Source: Thermoanaerobaculia bacterium (GTDB lineage Bacteria > Acidobacteriota > Thermoanaerobaculia > Gp7-AA8). From it: a stretch of DNA of 64,000 bases. The stretch lies in contig DASYMJ010000043.1 in the NCBI GenBank assembly GCA_036009105.1, positions 25,658-89,657 of the forward strand, written 5' to 3'. Below, piece by piece: positions 1 through 8,297 of the stretch. Below the pieces are notes generated by a model. It had not been told where the DNA came from. It worked only from the letters and a program-made list of their open reading frames with translations, and did no database searches. Position 1 is the stretch's first letter, and each line of letters starts with the position of its first letter. Both the position numbers and the translations under genes were made by a program.

Positions 1-676
1 CCCGTCCCGGGCGGGCCACGAGCGGGGTGGTGTAGTGCCAGAAGGGGAGGCGGTAGACGGCGATGCCGCTGCGGGTCGCCACTTCGTGCGACTGCGACAG
101 GTAGCCGCGCTCCTCGTAGACGAGCCACTGCGATTGCACGGCGTCGTTCGAGAACATGATGTGCAGGTCGACGAAGCCGTTGCGGGCCACCTCGGACTCC
201 GGATGGTGATCGTTGTGCGGGCCGCTGTAGTCGCCCTGTTCGTAGCAGATGACCTGCCGCCCCCAATGTGCCGCGTTGAGCGGCGCCCCCACCACCGCCT
301 CGGCGAAGCGGAGGAAGCTCTGCGACTCCATCATCTGGCTCAGGCCGACCCGGCGTCCCGCATCGAGCGCGTAGGACTTGCGCGAGTTCAGCGTCGCCGT
401 CTTGACGCGCACCGTCTTGCGCAGCGAGTCGGTGTAGTTCTTCTTCATCTTCGTGATCGCTTCGCGCGGGATGGGCGTGTGCATCTTCCGCAGGAGCGGA
501 TAGAACGCCTCGTCCAGCGCGCCGATGCAGCGCGCCGCCGCCGCGTCGTCGATCAGGTCGGAGAGGACCACGATCGGCGTCGCGCCGCGCCGGCGGAAGA
601 CGTCGAAGCGCGGCGGCTCGTCGAGCAGCTTCCGCCCGCGCGCGTTGAGGAGATCCGCGAATTCGTGGGGGAACAT
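1..676 (-). CDS. Hypothetical protein, 5'-partial in window (C-terminal end lies beyond position 1). It may be a cupin/2OG-Fe oxygenase-like protein, with HNDHH...DLH residues.
   Basis: Manual reverse-complement translation from the ATG at 676 gives an uninterrupted, strongly GC3-biased frame: MFPHEFADLLNARGRKLLDEPPRFDVFRRRGATPIVVLSDLIDD...GPHNDHHPESEVARNGFVDLHIMFSNDAVQSQWLVYEERGY... The gene is absent from the ORF track only because its stop is outside the window. The plus-strand ORF 35..703 is its antisense artefact. Confidence 0.6.
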   Translation of the reverse strand, partial: MFPHEFADLLNARGRKLLDEPPRFDVFRRRGATPIVVLSDLIDDAAAARCIGALDEAFYPLLRKMHTPIPREAITKMKKNYTDSLRKTVRVKTATLNSRKSYALDAGRRVGLSQMMESQSFLRFAEAVVGAPLNAAHWGRQVICYEQGDYSGPHNDHHPESEVARNGFVDLHIMFSNDAVQSQWLVYEERGYLSQSHEVATRSGIAVYRLPFWHYTTPLVARPGR

Positions 677-688
677 GGGGGGGATTGT

Positions 689-722
689 AACGATGAACGA
701 TGAAGGATGAACGATGAACGGA
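689..722. repeat. Tandem decamer repeat (AACGATGAAC/GATGAAGGAT) array, member of the GAACGATGAA palindromic family
   Basis: aacgatgaacgatgaaggatgaacgatgaacgg read directly in the intergenic region. The same unit forms an inverted pair at 34235-34295. Confidence 0.6.
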
Positions 723-775
723 GCGAAACACTCTAATTAGTTGACGAATCAACCAATGTCGCGTAATCTAATTTC

Positions 776-1264
776 GTGGTCAGCATCCAGAAAGAGTTGA
801 AGCAGCAGCGGCCTTTCCCCTCCAAGACGCAGGAGGCGGTCGTGGCCCTCATCCGTACGGCCGACCTGGCCCGGCGCGTCATGAACGGGCTCGTCGAGCC
901 GCTCGGCATCACCGTGCAGCAGTACAACGTCCTGCGCATCCTGCGGGGGGCGGGGGTGGAGGGGCTGCCCACGCTGGACATCGCGGAGCGGATGATCGAG
1001 CAGACGCCCGGCATCACCCGCCTGATCGACCGGCTGGAAGCGAAGCAGCTGGTCAGCCGCGAGCGCTGCCCGACCGACCGGCGCCAGGTCTTCTGCCGCA
1101 TCACGCCCGAGGGTCTCGCCCTCCTGGGGCGCCTCGACGCGCCGTCCGCCACGGCCCAGAACGACGCCCTCTCCGCAATCACGAAAAAAGAGCTCGCCCA
1201 GCTGCTCGGGATCCTCGACCGGCTGCGCGATGGAATGCACACGTATCTCGATGGAGGCCAGTAA
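776..1264 (+). CDS. MarR family transcriptional regulator
   Basis: 162 aa with a winged-helix MarR-like core (ITVQQYNVLRILRGAG...LPTLDIAERMIEQTPGITRLIDRLEAKQLVSRERCPTDRRQVFCRITPEGL). GTG start, GC3-rich. Confidence 0.85.
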   Translation: MVSIQKELKQQRPFPSKTQEAVVALIRTADLARRVMNGLVEPLGITVQQYNVLRILRGAGVEGLPTLDIAERMIEQTPGITRLIDRLEAKQLVSRERCPTDRRQVFCRITPEGLALLGRLDAPSATAQNDALSAITKKELAQLLGILDRLRDGMHTYLDGGQ

Positions 1265-1269
1265 ATACC

Positions 1270-1857
1270 ATGCGTAAGTTCATCCTCACCGCCGCACTCG
1301 CAATCGCCGCCGCCCTGCCGCTCGCCGCCGAGCCGCAGACGTGGGTGGTCGACAAGTCGCACTCCGAGGTCACGTTCGACGTCAAGCACATGATGTCGAA
1401 GGTGCGCGGACGCTTCGACGACTTCTCCGGCACCGTCATCGCCGACCCGGCGAAGCCCGCCGCTTCGTCGGTGGAGTTCACCATCAAGTCGGCCAGCGTC
1501 AACACCAACACCGCCGACCGCGACAAGCACCTCCGCACCGGCGACTTCTTCGATTCCGAAAAGTACCCGGACATCACCTTCAAGAGCACGTCCATCAAGC
1601 CGACCAAGCAGAAGGACGTCTACGCCGCCACCGGCAACCTCACCATCCGCGGCGTGACGAAGCAGGTCACCCTCCCCGTCACGTACCTGGGCACGCAGAA
1701 AGACCCGTATGGCAACACGAAGGCGGGCTTCGAAGTGGCGACGAAGATCAATCGCAAGGACTACGGCCTGAACTGGAACAAGGCGCTGGACAACGGCGGC
1801 TGGCTGGTGGGGGATGATGTGAACATCGACATCAACATTGAGGCAGTGAAGAAATAA
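1270..1857 (+). CDS. yceI: YceI family periplasmic polyisoprenoid-binding protein
   Basis: 195 aa with a signal peptide. It has the YceI hallmark motifs (VDKSHSEVTFDVKHMMSKVRGRFDDFSGTV; LRTGDFFDSEKYPDITFKST; TIRGVTKQVTLPV). It lies 5 nt downstream of MarR, a common MarR-YceI pairing. Confidence 0.85.
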   Translation: MRKFILTAALAIAAALPLAAEPQTWVVDKSHSEVTFDVKHMMSKVRGRFDDFSGTVIADPAKPAASSVEFTIKSASVNTNTADRDKHLRTGDFFDSEKYPDITFKSTSIKPTKQKDVYAATGNLTIRGVTKQVTLPVTYLGTQKDPYGNTKAGFEVATKINRKDYGLNWNKALDNGGWLVGDDVNIDINIEAVKK

Positions 1858-1865
1858 GAATGAAT

Positions 1866-1931
1866 GTAGGGCCGGCTCTCAGCCGGCCCGTCATCAACCG
1901 ATAGTTGGGCCGGCTGGAGAGCCGGCCCTAC
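1866..1931. repeat. Inverted pair of GGGCCGGCTCTCAGCCGGCCC hairpin units (REP-like) between convergent genes
   Basis: The sequence is GTAGGGCCGGCTCTCAGCCGGCCC-17nt-GGGCCGGCTGGAGAGCCGGCCCTAC. Each unit is itself a palindrome and the two units are inverted. There is no T-tract. Confidence 0.7.
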
Positions 1932-1933
1932 GT

Positions 1934-3937
1934 TTACCGGTTCGCCAGCGCCCTCTCCGTCGCGGCCAGCAGCGCCTCCGGGCCCACCGGCGCGCCGGAC
2001 GCGTGGCGCATCCAGAGGTCCGGCGTCACGCTGCCGAATTTGGCCATCCGTTCGAACTCGCTGCCGATGTTGCCCGCCTTCTCCATCTGCTCCTCGATCT
2101 GGAAGGCGATCATGTGGCCGATGGGGTAGTCGGGCAGGTACATGTAGTAGTTGACCATGTGCGCGTAGACGCCGAGGAGCGTGACGTCTCGCTCGCCGAA
2201 GACGGGGGCGTAGTAGCGGTTCCAGACGTCCTTGGCGATGCGCACCGTCGCGTCGCGCAACTGGGCCGGCGTGGCGTCGGGATGGTCGTACATCCAGTGC
2301 CACATCTCCATCTCCACCAGCGCCACGCCGGAGATCTCGTACGTGCCCCAGAAGTCGTTCAGCGTCTGCAGCGACCGCGCCTCGGCTGACGGCCTGGCCA
2401 GCCCCAGCAGCTCCAGATCCTTGGCCTGGAACACGAACGCCAGCGCCTCGGTGAACGCGTTGTTCGGCACGCCGGAGAGCGTGTAGTAGTCGATGTCGTT
2501 CAGGGAGAAGACCTGCTCCACCGTGTGCCCCATCTCGTGCACGGCGATGTTGTAGCCCTTGTAGTCCATCCCCTCCCCGCCGACGCGGGTGCGCAGGCGC
2601 GGCTTGTCCTGGCGGTGCGATGAGGGCAGCGCGTGTCCGGAGCCGCGCGCCGGATCGACGGCGATCCGCGCGGCGAGAGACGCCGCGCGCTCCTTCGTGA
2701 AGCCGAGCTGCTCGAGCAGGCGCGGCATGTCCGCCGCGTATGCCGCGGCCGTCGGATAGCGCTTGCGCACCAGCTCATCGAGTTGCTCGCCGGTGTACTC
2801 CGCGCGCGGGCGGAAGCCGTTGTACCAGAGGTCGAACGGCTCGAGCTTGCGGCCCAGGCGCTGCTCGATGAGCTTCCCGACGCGCGGCACGAGCGGCGAG
2901 GCGACGATCTGCTCCAGCATCTTCTTCACCCGCCCCTCGGGCAGCTGGCGGTCCTCCTCGAACTTCCGCGCGATGTGCGTCGGCGCGGTGGGGGAGTACG
3001 GATCGGCGAGCCGCGCCGCGTGGAAGGTGGAGAGGATCATCGCGTAGCGCGGCGCCTCACCGGCATCGGGCGGCCGGCCCAGCGACGAGGCCTCGTAATC
3101 GACGATCGTGGACGGCTTGATCTCGTTCGTGAACGGGTTCCAATCGACGCGCGGGTTGTCGACCACGACCGAGGGAATGGTGCCGTCGACGATGCGCTCC
3201 ATCACCTTCTGGAGGATGCGCTGCTTGGCGATGCCGTGCTCCCGGTCGCTGTAGTCGGCCTTGATCTCGTCGCGCAGGTTCCAGTGCTCCAGCAGGCGCA
3301 TCTTCGCCGGGAAAAGGCGCTCGCCTTTCGGGCCGAGGACGTGGTGCATCCAGATGTTGTACGTGGCGGCGAACTGCGAGGCGACCGCGGTGGTGCGCCC
3401 GATCTCGACGTTGACCGAGGAGGGGACGCGGCGCGAGAAGCGCAATGCGAGCTTTGCTTCCGCCCACTGTCGGCGCGACCACTTCTCGCCTTCCTGCAAT
3501 CGCTGGTCGAGCGTGGTGAGCGGGAAATTGAGCAGGACCACGTGGGCCAGCCTGTTCCCGAAAAGGTCTTCATTCAGATGGGCGGACGGCTCATAGCCGG
3601 CCATCAATTCGTCGAACGGGAGGACGGGTCCGACGTCGAGATCGGACTGCCACTTCCAGTCGCGCGAGATCTCCGCCATGTGGCCGTCCACCGACTCGAG
3701 TGCGAACTGCAGGCGGTTGAAGAGGGCGTCGAGCGGCTCCCCTTCCGGCGCGAAGTTCGTGGTGGCGAAGTCCTCGAACGCGGCCGCGTCGCCATCCTCG
3801 GCGCGCCAGAACTCGGCGGCCTGGCGCACGCCGCGCTCGATGCGCGGCCGCTGCGCCTCGCCGTACTTCGCGACGAGCGTGGTCTGCACTTTGTCGATGG
3901 GGAGGGTGAGAGCGATGGCAAGAACGAGGGATTGCAT
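1934..3937 (-). CDS. Secreted gluzincin metallopeptidase, most like peptidase family M2 (ACE-like peptidyl-dipeptidase); an M3 assignment is not excluded
   Basis: 667 aa. HEMGH zinc motif (AVHEMGHTVEQ) is followed about 27 residues later by NNAFTEALAFV, which resembles the ACE GANPGFHEAIGD segment. The coding strand is strongly GC3-biased. Confidence 0.5.
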   Translation of the reverse strand: MQSLVLAIALTLPIDKVQTTLVAKYGEAQRPRIERGVRQAAEFWRAEDGDAAAFEDFATTNFAPEGEPLDALFNRLQFALESVDGHMAEISRDWKWQSDLDVGPVLPFDELMAGYEPSAHLNEDLFGNRLAHVVLLNFPLTTLDQRLQEGEKWSRRQWAEAKLALRFSRRVPSSVNVEIGRTTAVASQFAATYNIWMHHVLGPKGERLFPAKMRLLEHWNLRDEIKADYSDREHGIAKQRILQKVMERIVDGTIPSVVVDNPRVDWNPFTNEIKPSTIVDYEASSLGRPPDAGEAPRYAMILSTFHAARLADPYSPTAPTHIARKFEEDRQLPEGRVKKMLEQIVASPLVPRVGKLIEQRLGRKLEPFDLWYNGFRPRAEYTGEQLDELVRKRYPTAAAYAADMPRLLEQLGFTKERAASLAARIAVDPARGSGHALPSSHRQDKPRLRTRVGGEGMDYKGYNIAVHEMGHTVEQVFSLNDIDYYTLSGVPNNAFTEALAFVFQAKDLELLGLARPSAEARSLQTLNDFWGTYEISGVALVEMEMWHWMYDHPDATPAQLRDATVRIAKDVWNRYYAPVFGERDVTLLGVYAHMVNYYMYLPDYPIGHMIAFQIEEQMEKAGNIGSEFERMAKFGSVTPDLWMRHASGAPVGPEALLAATERALANR

Positions 3938-3946
3938 CGGCGGGCA

Positions 3947-6013
3947 TTATCGCCGCTTCGTGCGATGCGTCGCCTCCGCGGTCCAGGGGTCGTCCGGCCA
4001 GGGATGGCGTGGATAGCGGGCCCGCAACTCCTTGCGCACTTCGGGGTAGGTGTTGTTCCAGAAGCTGCGCAGGTCGCGCGTGACCTGCACCGGGCGGCCG
4101 TTCGGGGCGAGCAGTTGGAAGGTGATGGGCGTCTGGTTCGGGCCGAGGCGCGGCGTCTCGGCGAGGCCGAAGAGCTCCTGCAGTTTCGCGGAGGCGACGA
4201 CGCTGCCGTCTTCGCGGTAATCGAGGCTCGCGCCGCGGCCGCTGGGCAGCCTGATCGAGGTTGGCGCGAGTTGATCGAGGTACTTGTCGGGAGCGGTCAA
4301 TCCGGCGAACTTCAGGCGCGCCGCGAGGAGCGGATCGGGCTTCGCGTGCAAAGCGAGGAGGCGCCGCGCTTCCTCCGGATCGGCAGGCACCTGCTGCTCG
4401 CGCAACAGCATGCGGAGGTACCAGACGCGCTCGACGGCGCGGACGCGGTTGCCGTCGATGGAGTGCACCACATCGCGATGGGTCGGCGTCAGCCACTCGC
4501 GCTCGATCTTCACCACGCGGCGGATCAGGTCGCCGGTGACGTCCAACACCACCAGAAAGTCGCCGCCCGGATCGGCGACGCCGCGGGCGAGCGCGGCGCC
4601 GGTGCCGGTGGCGAGGGTGAAGCCGGTACCGCGGCGCATGGCCACGCGGTCGGGATAGCCGGCCAGCACGGCGCGGCGGAAGGTTTCGTCATCGATCTGC
4701 TCGCGATACGTGTCGCCGAGGAGGCGGCGGGCGATGGAGGAGAGCTCGCGGACCTCGGCCGGCGCGCCGCCGGAGAGCTCGACCGTGAGGGCGATGGCGT
4801 CTCTTGCGCCATGCGCGGCCAGCACGAGCCGGGCGAGGCGCGGGTGAAGCGGAAAGCGGCGGATCGCCGATCGCTGCTCGCCGATCGCCCCGAGCAAGGC
4901 GAGCAGCTCCAACGCGGCTTCGATCCGCGCGGGGTCGGGCTTCTCGAACCAGTCGAAGGTGAGCGGATCGCCGCCCCAGCTGAGGATGTCCAGCACGGTC
5001 GAGGTGAGATCGATGCGGCGCACCTCCGGTTCGCGGTGTTCGCGGAGGATGTCGCGCGGGTCCCACAGGCGCGTGGCGCGTCCCGGCTGCGTGCGTCCGG
5101 CCCGCCCGGCCCGCTGCGCGGCGGAGTCGAGCGAGATCTTCTCCAGCACGAGGTGATCGACCGCCGTTTCGGCGTCGAAGCGCAGCACCTTGTGCAGGCC
5201 GGCGTCGACCACGTCGGTTACCCCTTCCACGGTGAGCGACGTCTCGGCGACGTTGGTGGCCAGGATGACTTTGCGCCGAGCAGCGGGGGCGAGCGCGCGC
5301 TCCTGCGCGTCGACCTCCAGCGAGCCATGCAGCGGCAACACGAGCGCATCGACGCCGGCCAGCTCCGCCGCCGCGCGCTCGATCTCCCGCGCGCCGGGGA
5401 GGAAGGCCAGCACGTCGCCTTTCGCATCGCCAAGCGCCTCGCGAACGGCGGCACCGACGCTGACCGAGGGGCGGTAGCGCACCTCGACCGGGTACCGCGC
5501 GGCATCGATGTCGATGATCGGCGCGTCATTGAGAAAGCGGGAGACGGAGGCGGCATCCATGGTGGCCGACATCACCACGATGGCAAGGTCGTCCCGCGCC
5601 TCGGCCGCCTGCTTCACCAGCGCGAGCGCAATGTCGGCGTGGATGCTCCGCTCGTGGAACTCATCGAGGATCACCACCGCGAAGCCGCTCAGCAGCGGAT
5701 CGGATTGCAGCCTGGCGGTGAGGATGCCTTCCGTTGCTACGAGCAGGCGCGTGCGATCGGAGAAGCGGCGCTCGAAGCGGATCTGCCAGCCGATCTCCTC
5801 GCCGATCGTCCAGCGCTGCTCCGCCGCGATCCGCCGGGTGAGCGCCCGCGCTGCCACCCGCCGTGGCTGCAACAGGATCGTGCGCCCGAGGGGGACGAGG
5901 GCGGGGGGGATGCGCGTGGTCTTGCCGGAGCCGGGCGGCGCCACGATGACCGCCGAGCGACGCGCGCGGACCGTGGCAACGATTTCGGGGATGTGCCGAT
6001 CGACCGGTAGCAT
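3947..6013 (-). CDS. hrpB: ATP-dependent RNA helicase HrpB (DEAH-box), compact form
   Basis: Walker A is VAPPGSGKTT, with DEFHERS and SATMD motifs. The diagnostic HrpB C-terminus ITFQLLAPNGRPVQVTRDLRSFWNNTYPEVRKELRARYPRHPWPDDP is present. 688 aa, versus about 809 in E. coli HrpB. Confidence 0.9.
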   Translation of the reverse strand: MLPVDRHIPEIVATVRARRSAVIVAPPGSGKTTRIPPALVPLGRTILLQPRRVAARALTRRIAAEQRWTIGEEIGWQIRFERRFSDRTRLLVATEGILTARLQSDPLLSGFAVVILDEFHERSIHADIALALVKQAAEARDDLAIVVMSATMDAASVSRFLNDAPIIDIDAARYPVEVRYRPSVSVGAAVREALGDAKGDVLAFLPGAREIERAAAELAGVDALVLPLHGSLEVDAQERALAPAARRKVILATNVAETSLTVEGVTDVVDAGLHKVLRFDAETAVDHLVLEKISLDSAAQRAGRAGRTQPGRATRLWDPRDILREHREPEVRRIDLTSTVLDILSWGGDPLTFDWFEKPDPARIEAALELLALLGAIGEQRSAIRRFPLHPRLARLVLAAHGARDAIALTVELSGGAPAEVRELSSIARRLLGDTYREQIDDETFRRAVLAGYPDRVAMRRGTGFTLATGTGAALARGVADPGGDFLVVLDVTGDLIRRVVKIEREWLTPTHRDVVHSIDGNRVRAVERVWYLRMLLREQQVPADPEEARRLLALHAKPDPLLAARLKFAGLTAPDKYLDQLAPTSIRLPSGRGASLDYREDGSVVASAKLQELFGLAETPRLGPNQTPITFQLLAPNGRPVQVTRDLRSFWNNTYPEVRKELRARYPRHPWPDDPWTAEATHRTKRR

Positions 6014-6025
6014 GAGCGCCGCATT

Positions 6026-7984
6026 ATGAAACGTGCCCTCATCGCCCTATTGCTCGTTTGCGCCGCGTCCTGCGGCAAGCGCGAGACCGCGCGGGACCAG
6101 CCGCCGGTCATCCTCATCTCCATCGACACCCTGCGCGCCGACCACCTCCCGGCGTACGGCTACCGCGGCGTCGAGACGCCCGCCATCGACGCCCTGCGCG
6201 ATGACGCCATCCTCTTCCGCCACGCCTACTCCCACGTGCCGCTCACGCTGCCCTCGCACGTCGCGCTGCTGACCGGCCAGTTGCCGTACGAGAACGGCGT
6301 GCGCAACAACATCGGCTTCCACTACGACGCGGCGCAGCATCCCGCCATCTCCACCCGGCTGAAGGGGAAAGGCTACGCGACCGGCGCCGCCGTTTCCGCG
6401 TACGTGCTGCGCGGCAACACCGGCCTGGCCGCGGCGTTCGACGCCTACGACGACAAGATCGCCGCCGTCTCCGGCGTCGCGCAGGGCCGCCTCGCGCGGC
6501 CGGGTGGCGAGACCGAGCAGCTCGCCGAGCAGTGGATCGGCGCGCATGCCTCGCGGCCGTTCTTCTACTTCCTCCACCTCTTCGAGCCGCACGCGCCGTA
6601 CGACCCGCCCGAGCCGTTCCGTTCGAAATACAAGCCGTATGACGGCGAGATCGCCGCCGCCGACGCCATCCTGGGGCGCTTCCTCGACTCGCTGAAGCGC
6701 AGCGGCATCTATGACCGGGCGCTCATCATCCTCCTCTCCGATCACGGCGAAGGCCTGGGCGACCACGGTGAAGACGAGCACGGCATCTTCCTCTACATGG
6801 AAGACATCCATGTGCCGCTGCTGGTGAAGCTGCCGAAGGGGGAGCGCCGCGGCGAGACGATCGATTCAGCCGTGCAGCTCATCGATGTGGCGCCGACCAT
6901 CGCGAAGCTCGCCGGCATCGATTTGAAAGGCCAGTCGCTCCTCGAAGCGCCGAACGGCCGCCGCATCTACTCCGAGACCTTCTACCCCCGCATCCACCTC
7001 GGCTGGAGCGAGCTGCGGTCGCTCGTCGACGCGCGATTCCACTACGTCGACGCGCCGCGCGCGGAGCTCTACGCCCTCTCCGATCCGGCGGAGAAGGCGA
7101 ACGTGCTGGCCGAGAACCGCCGCGTGGCCGCTTCGATGCGCGCCGAGCTGGAGCCGATCAGCCGCACGCTCCCCGCGCCGGCGCCGATCGACCCGGAGGA
7201 GGCGAAGAAGCTCGCCGCGCTGGGCTACCTCAGCGCCTCGACCTCGCCTTCCGAAGGGCCGCTGCCCGATCCGAAGGACGGCGTGGCCGACATCGCGGTG
7301 CTCCGGCAGGGCGGGGATCTCGCCGCGCAGGGGAAGCTCGACGAGGCGATCGCCGTCTACCGCGCCGTGCTGGCGCGCAACCCGAAGTTCACCGATGCCT
7401 GGACGCTGCTGGCCAAGACTTTGGAGCAGGCCGGCCGATATGCGGAAGCGATCGAGGCGCGGCAGCGCGCGGTGCAGCTCGCGCCGTCGATGGCGGCCGA
7501 CGCGGCGCTGCTCATCGCCGCCGACTCGCTGCAGCTCGGCCGCGCCGACGAGGCGATCGCCCACGCCGATCTGGCCATGAAGGCGAATCCGAACGGCGCG
7601 CGGCTCATCCTCGCCCGCGCCGCCGCGCTCAAAGGCGACTTCGCCGGCGCGGACGCCATCCTGCGCACCCTCCCCCCCACCACCCCCAACATCGACTTCG
7701 CCCGCGGCGACCTCTACGCGCGCCGCGAGCAGGTGCCGCAGGCGATCGCCGCGTTCGAGGAGGAGATCCGCCGCTTCCCGGACGACCGCCAGGCCTATGC
7801 GAACCTGGCGGTCCTCCATCTGTTGACCGGCCACCGCGACGAGGCGCAACGGACGATGGAGCGCCTCGTCGCGGCGAACCCGCAGCCGTCGAGCTACGAG
7901 ATCGCGGTGAAGACGTTCACGGAGCTGGGGGAGAAGGGGTTGGCCGAAGCGTGGCGCCATAGGCACGCTTCGAGCTTACGTTAG
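6026..7984 (+). CDS. Sulfatase-like hydrolase/transferase (alkaline-phosphatase superfamily) lipoprotein with C-terminal TPR repeats
   Basis: The lipobox is LLVCAASCGK. The N-terminal domain has ILISIDTLRADHLPAYGY...PLTLPSHVALLTGQ and LLSDHGEGLGDHGEDEHGIFLYMEDIHVPLL, typical of the sulfatase/PEA-transferase family. There is no C-x-P-x-R formylglycine motif. The C-terminal ~250 aa are TPR-like. Confidence 0.75.
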   Translation: MKRALIALLLVCAASCGKRETARDQPPVILISIDTLRADHLPAYGYRGVETPAIDALRDDAILFRHAYSHVPLTLPSHVALLTGQLPYENGVRNNIGFHYDAAQHPAISTRLKGKGYATGAAVSAYVLRGNTGLAAAFDAYDDKIAAVSGVAQGRLARPGGETEQLAEQWIGAHASRPFFYFLHLFEPHAPYDPPEPFRSKYKPYDGEIAAADAILGRFLDSLKRSGIYDRALIILLSDHGEGLGDHGEDEHGIFLYMEDIHVPLLVKLPKGERRGETIDSAVQLIDVAPTIAKLAGIDLKGQSLLEAPNGRRIYSETFYPRIHLGWSELRSLVDARFHYVDAPRAELYALSDPAEKANVLAENRRVAASMRAELEPISRTLPAPAPIDPEEAKKLAALGYLSASTSPSEGPLPDPKDGVADIAVLRQGGDLAAQGKLDEAIAVYRAVLARNPKFTDAWTLLAKTLEQAGRYAEAIEARQRAVQLAPSMAADAALLIAADSLQLGRADEAIAHADLAMKANPNGARLILARAAALKGDFAGADAILRTLPPTTPNIDFARGDLYARREQVPQAIAAFEEEIRRFPDDRQAYANLAVLHLLTGHRDEAQRTMERLVAANPQPSSYEIAVKTFTELGEKGLAEAWRHRHASSLR

Positions 7985-7988
7985 AGCC

Positions 7989-8225
7989 ATGGCAAAGAAC
8001 GACGACATCGACTACGACGCGGAAGGCTCCACCCCTCCCCACGAGAAGAACGACCCGACCAACGCCGGCTACGACGAGGCGGCGCACAAAGGTCCCGGCG
8101 CGTACGGGGTGGCGGAAGGGCAGGGGGGCGTGTTCGGCACCACGGGCGGCGGCACGTTCAGCGGAGGGATGCACTCCGAGGAGCGGCCGGTGGTGGCCAA
8201 CCCGGACGAGGACGAGAAAACGTAG
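7989..8225 (+). CDS. Small Gly-rich hydrophilic protein (hypothetical)
   Basis: 78 aa, acidic and Gly-rich (GQGGVFGTTGGGTFSGG). GC3-rich codons support a real gene. Confidence 0.45.
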   Translation: MAKNDDIDYDAEGSTPPHEKNDPTNAGYDEAAHKGPGAYGVAEGQGGVFGTTGGGTFSGGMHSEERPVVANPDEDEKT

Positions 8226-8297
8226 CCCGTCCTCCCTTTTCCGCCACTCGCCCCAAACACGCGCGTTGCGGCGCGGCATGAACCGTACGCTGCGCGC

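Noticed and set aside
2633-6010. Very long ORFs on the strand opposite to annotated genes (for example 2633-6010 +, 12957-15476 -, 15215-18391 -, 18064-20361 -, 21417-22838 -, 22878-25901 -, 47707 region +)
   Set aside because: They lie antisense to genes with clear motifs (HrpB, NRPS modules, M2 peptidase). Their translations are Arg/Ala/Gly/Pro-rich low-complexity sequence, and their third codon positions lack the GC3 bias of the sense frame. They are open-frame artefacts of high-GC DNA.
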